Positions 24,222 to 28,939 of a stretch of 28,939 nt of DNA are shown here, piece by piece. Both the position numbers and the translations under genes were made by a program. A model generated the notes under the pieces. That model saw only the letters and a program-made list of their open reading frames with translations, ran no database searches and was not told the DNA's origin. The stretch's first letter is position 1; each line of letters opens with the position of its first letter. Location: positions 1-28,939 of IMG/VR virus record IMGVR_UViG_3300030095_001020; one strand, written 5' to 3'. The stretch is from a virus. Lineage: Duplodnaviria; Caudoviricetes.

Positions 24222-26363
24222 TTATGGTTGGTTTTTGTTAAACATGTCTACTAACGCTTGGCTCTTTAGCTGAGGCGAACTGCTCGACTGGCTAGGGCCT
24301 CGCTGTCCTACTTGTCCCATACCCGATGGTTGAAAACCAGCCAAGCCACTACTTTGACCGCCGAACATAGAAACTTGGTTGGACAGTCCTCGGAAGCCCG
24401 GCTGAAGTATTTCAAGCTGCTTCATATACGCTTGGACTATACCCTCGTTCCCTGCTCCGACGAAGGACTTAGCCATATTTGTTGCGTTTGTAAGGGCTAG
24501 TTTTTCACCGTCATCCAGCTCTTCGCCTTTCGCTTGCTTCGTAAGTATAACGTCGATTACAGGTGCCATGCGATTCATCATATCCACTTCAGCGGCTCTG
24601 ACTCCCTCTTGGTATTCTTGCCAACTGTCTAACAACTGCTGTACACTTTGCATGTTAGCGATGGTTGCTCTTAACGCATTTTCAGACTCTACACCCATAG
24701 CACCTAAAATAAGCTCTTGAGCTTTACCTTCCGCATCACCCGCTAGCTTCATGTAGTTTTGTTGTGCTAACACGTCATTACTAGCGATGGACTCCATACT
24801 TGCCAAAGCAGCCATTTGTTGTGTTTGTATGTCTTGGAACATTTGACGTGCTCCAGAGTCCACTTTATCCACAACACTAAATACTTCAGCAAAGTTCTTA
24901 CGGCGTTCTTCTTGTTTCTTACGTAGGCGTTTTAGCTCTAGAGTTTCTTCTTCCGCCTCACCAGCAAACATAGCACGCGAACCACCAAGAGCATAGTTAC
25001 GTACCTTGCGGAGACGTTTAGCTTCTGGATCATCATACCTCTTTTGCGCGTCTGCGATCTGCGACTGCTCGGTTGTTTGCATGTTTTTTAACTCAGCTAG
25101 GCCATATAACCCTTTAAGTCTAGCAACCTCATCACCATCAACTTTCTCACCTGCCTCATTTGTTTTCTGTAGTTGATCCATTGGATTAAGTTTTGCATCA
25201 GATTCTAGGCGATTCATTGCTGAGGTGCCCATTTTATCTCTTATAGGGCTTGGGTTAATAGTCTCTGCGGTATCCATTGCCCCACGAATTTTATTTGGGT
25301 CTAGTTCCTCAAGGTTAGAAGTCATAGAAGTAGTACCCGCTTTAGCGCCAGCAGCACCACCTTGATTACCTTGATTGGCATTTTGTGCAGCTATGGCTGC
25401 ATCTATCTCAGCCATTTCGTCATCACCAATAGTGCCCACTGGGGTACCTGTTTGCGGTGGAGGCGCTTTACCTGTAGGGGTAGGTAAGAACGGTTGTTTT
25501 GGAGCAGAGGGTTTTAGCGTATCAATAGCACCTTTTATGCCACTAGTATCGTATTGACCCAAGTCTGCCGCACTAACTCCTAAACTTTTAGCTCTGTCGA
25601 TAGTGTTCTTTTTAATGTCGTCTTGTATAAATTGCCCAAACTTACTGGGGAGACCTGCTAAGGCCTGCATCTCTTTCTTACTCGCGTCTGCTAGCCCTTG
25701 CAGTTGTTCTTGCTTTCTTGAAGGGCTAAAACCAAAGCGGTCTTCATCGCCACGCTTATCACTGGCTAGTCGTTGTTTAGTCACAGCAGGTAGAGCATCA
25801 AACTCTTGTCGTGACAACCCTAATTTTTTTAACTCTGCATCGCTTATTACTATGCTACCTTTGTTATATCCAACAATACCACCACTAGCCATCATAGGAG
25901 GACGAGCACCACCCATAGGCATACCACCAGCCATTGGCATAGGAGGACGAGGAGCACCACCCATAGGGGGCATGCCACCCATAGGAGGTTTAGGAGCACC
26001 GCCCATAGGAGGACGAGGAGCACCACCCATAGGAGGACGCGCCCCAGCAATACCACCCTGTTGTGGAGGACGTGGCTGTTGTTTTTGTTGTTGGCGTTGC
26101 GCCATGATGCCCGCAGTTTGGTTAGTCATCTCACTCTGCGTCATACCCATGACTTTTTGTTCTAGCTGATCTTTGATAGTGTTAGGGTTTTGCTGTTGCG
26201 CCATTTGCAACTCTTTAAGAGCTACGTCTTTCTCTCGGGCTATTTTTTGTGTAGCCATTACATCAAGAAGATCTTTAGATACAGTACTAGTTTTACCTTG
26301 CATCTGCATGCTGTCAGCTTTGTCGTTAACCTGTTGGTCAACATTTCCCATTATGCCTAACAT
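24222..26363 (-). CDS. Putative internal virion/ejection protein (713 aa)
   Basis: Q/M/G/A-rich and helical, with a Pro-Met-Gly repeat tract. Lies directly upstream of the giant protein. Function is inferred. Confidence 0.65.
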   Translation of the reverse strand: MLGIMGNVDQQVNDKADSMQMQGKTSTVSKDLLDVMATQKIAREKDVALKELQMAQQQNPNTIKDQLEQKVMGMTQSEMTNQTAGIMAQRQQQKQQPRPPQQGGIAGARPPMGGAPRPPMGGAPKPPMGGMPPMGGAPRPPMPMAGGMPMGGARPPMMASGGIVGYNKGSIVISDAELKKLGLSRQEFDALPAVTKQRLASDKRGDEDRFGFSPSRKQEQLQGLADASKKEMQALAGLPSKFGQFIQDDIKKNTIDRAKSLGVSAADLGQYDTSGIKGAIDTLKPSAPKQPFLPTPTGKAPPPQTGTPVGTIGDDEMAEIDAAIAAQNANQGNQGGAAGAKAGTTSMTSNLEELDPNKIRGAMDTAETINPSPIRDKMGTSAMNRLESDAKLNPMDQLQKTNEAGEKVDGDEVARLKGLYGLAELKNMQTTEQSQIADAQKRYDDPEAKRLRKVRNYALGGSRAMFAGEAEEETLELKRLRKKQEERRKNFAEVFSVVDKVDSGARQMFQDIQTQQMAALASMESIASNDVLAQQNYMKLAGDAEGKAQELILGAMGVESENALRATIANMQSVQQLLDSWQEYQEGVRAAEVDMMNRMAPVIDVILTKQAKGEELDDGEKLALTNATNMAKSFVGAGNEGIVQAYMKQLEILQPGFRGLSNQVSMFGGQSSGLAGFQPSGMGQVGQRGPSQSSSSPQLKSQALVDMFNKNQP
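25890..26045 (-). repeat. Coding imperfect tandem repeats encoding GGAPRPPM
   Basis: 24-nt unit CATAGGAGGACGAGGAGCACCACC and variants on the + strand. Confidence 0.85.
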
Positions 26364-28303
26364 TATGTAGTCTCCTGTGTAGTTTCTGTGGTTTCTGCAG
26401 GAACCTCTCTTCCGCCCATAGCGGCTATGAGAGCTTCAATTCCGCCAACACTTTGTAAATACTGTTGATACTCACTCGGTTCAGAGTACACGCTCGACGT
26501 AGCCGCAATCGGTAGGCCCTGTAGCAACGACTGCATATACTGAACTCTCTTAGCATCATAATCACGTTCTTCTCTAAACTGCGCGTAGTCTGCGGCAATA
26601 CCTTCAGAAGCAATATCTCTCTGTACTTGCCCCGCAGCACCTTGCGCCGCTAACACGTCTATTCCATATTTGTTCGTCATTTCTTGAGCAGCTTTTGCTC
26701 TGTCCATAGCCTGACCGTAGTTAAGTGCTCTCTGTTCTGCGGCCATATCTCCTATGTTTCTAGATAGGTTGCCAGCAGACTCGGCACGCAGTAGTGCGTC
26801 TCTTGAACCACCAAAGGCACCAGCAGACGTAAGTTGTTGACGTTGTTGTAACTGATTAATCTGATCTTGCCTAGTCATATCCGCAGCAGTGCGATCAATA
26901 ACATTTTGGGTGTAAGGGTTCATGTATGGATCTATAGTCGCTGCATCAGGAGTAAACGCACCCATTTGGTTGGTTATAGACCCGCCACTTAGTGGATTGT
27001 TAAGCGCTTGTATTCCTGTGATCGCCGAATCCTGTAGGGTACTACTTCCAGCCGTCAGTGGCCCTGTATACGCTTCGTAAGGAGTTTCAGCTTCTGCTCT
27101 ACCATAAGATAGCATGTCAGTAACGTAATCACCTGCCCAATCAGATAGACTAGACTCTGTGCCGATTTCAGTACCCGACAAGTCTCCACCATCCTCTTCA
27201 TTAGAACCAGCCATAGGGTCAGTGGGGTTTGCAGTATCACCTTCACCAGAAAAGTTAGTAGTGTACGGTTGGTTTTTAAACCTAGAGTTTACACCTTGCA
27301 CAGCATTTACATTACCACCACCAGCAAACTGCGCTAGTCCACCCTGAGCCATAGTAGGCATAAACTGTTGAGGATTAATTTGTTTACCTTGTTCTGAGTT
27401 GCCTGTACGTGCTGTACGAACACCATCCATCATATTATGTAACTGCTGTGCGCCTGCATCTGAATTACCATTACCTAGATGACTTACTACATCAGCAGGT
27501 ATTACAAACTCACCATCACTCAAGCGCGCTTCTTGGTTACCATCAATACGTGCAGGTACCTTGTCCGCCATGCCATCAGTCTTACCACCTAAGTAGTAAC
27601 CTTTATGTGCACCCGCTATACCACCCTGAGCATATTTTCGTACACGACCACCCATAGCCATACCTCCATCACTGGTATCAGCAGTTGGGTTCATAATTTC
27701 TTCTATTTCTTCTTCGGACTTGCCTTCCATAGATAGCTTTTGTCTTCTAGCTTTGTCTTGCGCAGCTTCTAAAGACATTGGTTCTTGATCTGCTTCGGGA
27801 GTCTTAGCATATATTTTATCTGTGAAGTAACGTCTGCCTGCACTGCCGGGTCTACGTTGTTGGTTTTGAGCGTATATGTCACCTTGCATAGCTCCCGCGT
27901 CATCCGCCGCTTTTTGTAACCTAGCATTTTCTTCTGCTAGTAACTCATCTTTCCTAGATGCAACTAGCTCTGGGGTCATACCCGAGAAGTCTGTGCCAGT
28001 AAAATCCATGTCATCCATTGTTTTTACTTCTGCTTGCATAGGAGTCAGTAAGCCTGTTTTACGCCCCTGAGATCCGCCGAAAGGTCTATTTACCTGCTCT
28101 CTTACTTTTGTAAGCCGATCAATTCCACCTTGATAACCTACAGGGGGCTTTTTAGTGCCACTCAAAACACCATCACTTAGACCTAACTTATTGTTTAAGT
28201 ACATCCCGCCACCCAGAGTAGCGAGATCTCCAAGACTGACATTGCTAAGGTCTATATCTTTGCCAGTAATTCTCTTATACATGTCTTCAAGTACATTTGA
28301 CAT
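26363..28303 (-). CDS. Putative virion (DNA transfer/pilot-like) protein (646 aa)
   Basis: DGMADKVPA..RLSDGEFVIPADVV motif, YMNPYTQNVID and AGAFGGSR. TAATG coupling to its neighbours. Confidence 0.7.
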   Translation of the reverse strand: MSNVLEDMYKRITGKDIDLSNVSLGDLATLGGGMYLNNKLGLSDGVLSGTKKPPVGYQGGIDRLTKVREQVNRPFGGSQGRKTGLLTPMQAEVKTMDDMDFTGTDFSGMTPELVASRKDELLAEENARLQKAADDAGAMQGDIYAQNQQRRPGSAGRRYFTDKIYAKTPEADQEPMSLEAAQDKARRQKLSMEGKSEEEIEEIMNPTADTSDGGMAMGGRVRKYAQGGIAGAHKGYYLGGKTDGMADKVPARIDGNQEARLSDGEFVIPADVVSHLGNGNSDAGAQQLHNMMDGVRTARTGNSEQGKQINPQQFMPTMAQGGLAQFAGGGNVNAVQGVNSRFKNQPYTTNFSGEGDTANPTDPMAGSNEEDGGDLSGTEIGTESSLSDWAGDYVTDMLSYGRAEAETPYEAYTGPLTAGSSTLQDSAITGIQALNNPLSGGSITNQMGAFTPDAATIDPYMNPYTQNVIDRTAADMTRQDQINQLQQRQQLTSAGAFGGSRDALLRAESAGNLSRNIGDMAAEQRALNYGQAMDRAKAAQEMTNKYGIDVLAAQGAAGQVQRDIASEGIAADYAQFREERDYDAKRVQYMQSLLQGLPIAATSSVYSEPSEYQQYLQSVGGIEALIAAMGGREVPAETTETTQETT

Positions 28304-28939
28304 TATTTGTCTCCCATAATGCGCAATATTTCATCTGTTTGGTCTTTAATAATGCCACCTTTGGCACGTCTCTGTTGAGGGTTTATTATGTCTTCCAAGA
28401 AGTTGTCACCGTACATACTAGCGCTACCATAAAACGCATCTTGTTGACCACCTCTAAATATACTCTCAAAGTCATAAATTTCATCAATCTGCACAGGATC
28501 TGGGGTTCTAGTAGTAACCTTTCTTCCCGGAGCTTGCATAGCTTCAAATAATTTGTCTTGCTCTTCCTGAGCCTCTCTTTCTATTCTAGATGTTTCAAAA
28601 TCTGTCTGTATCTGTGTACGAAGGTCTTGGTCACGTTGTGTTTGCGCGATTTTATCCGCTTCTATCTGCGCATCTCTCGCCGCCAATTCAGCTTCTAGCT
28701 GATCTTCCCTACCCAGCATTCCAGTCGCTACATCTCTAAACTGAGCAGTGCCCGCAAACTGCGAATAATCACCAGTGTCTAACGCTCCACCCAATAAGTC
28801 AAGATCTTGTTGCGTTAGTTGGCCATCTCCCGTAACATCATACCGTAACGCTTCAGCATCCGCCACTGCTTGTTCATCTTCAATCGCCTGTAAATAACCC
28901 TCAGCAAGCGTATAATCTTCTTGCGTTACTTCATTTACA
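28303..28939 (-). CDS. 3' part of a putative virion protein, truncated by the window edge
   Basis: The frame stays open upstream of GTG 28866 to the window end. Contains YDVTGDGQLTQQD and C-terminal RAKGGII. Confidence 0.75.
   Translation of the reverse strand, partial: VNEVTQEDYTLAEGYLQAIEDEQAVADAEALRYDVTGDGQLTQQDLDLLGGALDTGDYSQFAGTAQFRDVATGMLGREDQLEAELAARDAQIEADKIAQTQRDQDLRTQIQTDFETSRIEREAQEEQDKLFEAMQAPGRKVTTRTPDPVQIDEIYDFESIFRGGQQDAFYGSASMYGDNFLEDIINPQQRRAKGGIIKDQTDEILRIMGDK

Noticed and set aside
17313-28551. + strand ORFs opposite the virion genes (for example 19798-20283, 25603-26169)
   Set aside because: They are mirror frames of long - strand genes, and their repeats simply reflect the coding repeats.

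Overview
Fragment of a tailed dsDNA bacteriophage genome, podovirus-like in layout. No tRNA, rRNA, CRISPR array or integrase was found. The + strand (1-17068) has two blocks. The first is an early/accessory block (1-6236): small acidic DpnD/PcfM-like proteins, a DUF3150-like gene, a MoxR-type AAA+ ATPase, an HExxH-peptidase/vWA gene and two unknown genes of about 325 aa. The second is a replication block: VRR-NUC, DUF3310, a Leu762-type family A polymerase, a Cas4-like exonuclease, an HNH-like protein, an SNF2 helicase, an HTH protein, an SSB and a primase-DUF927 helicase. These converge at a terminator (about 17117-17152) with - strand virion/ejection-type genes, including a 2353-aa polyvalent protein with ART-like and zincin domains. 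The most striking unexplained signal is the palindrome GTTCTACA-G(T)-TGTAGAAC. It occurs four times in the early block, with 19-20 nt between its last base and an RBS-supported start codon each time, which suggests an undescribed regulon or RNA-processing element. Also notable are two hairpin-dense intergenic regions and a short AxGG[IVL]-type motif shared by three consecutive virion proteins. Family calls come from visual motif recognition, not database searches.
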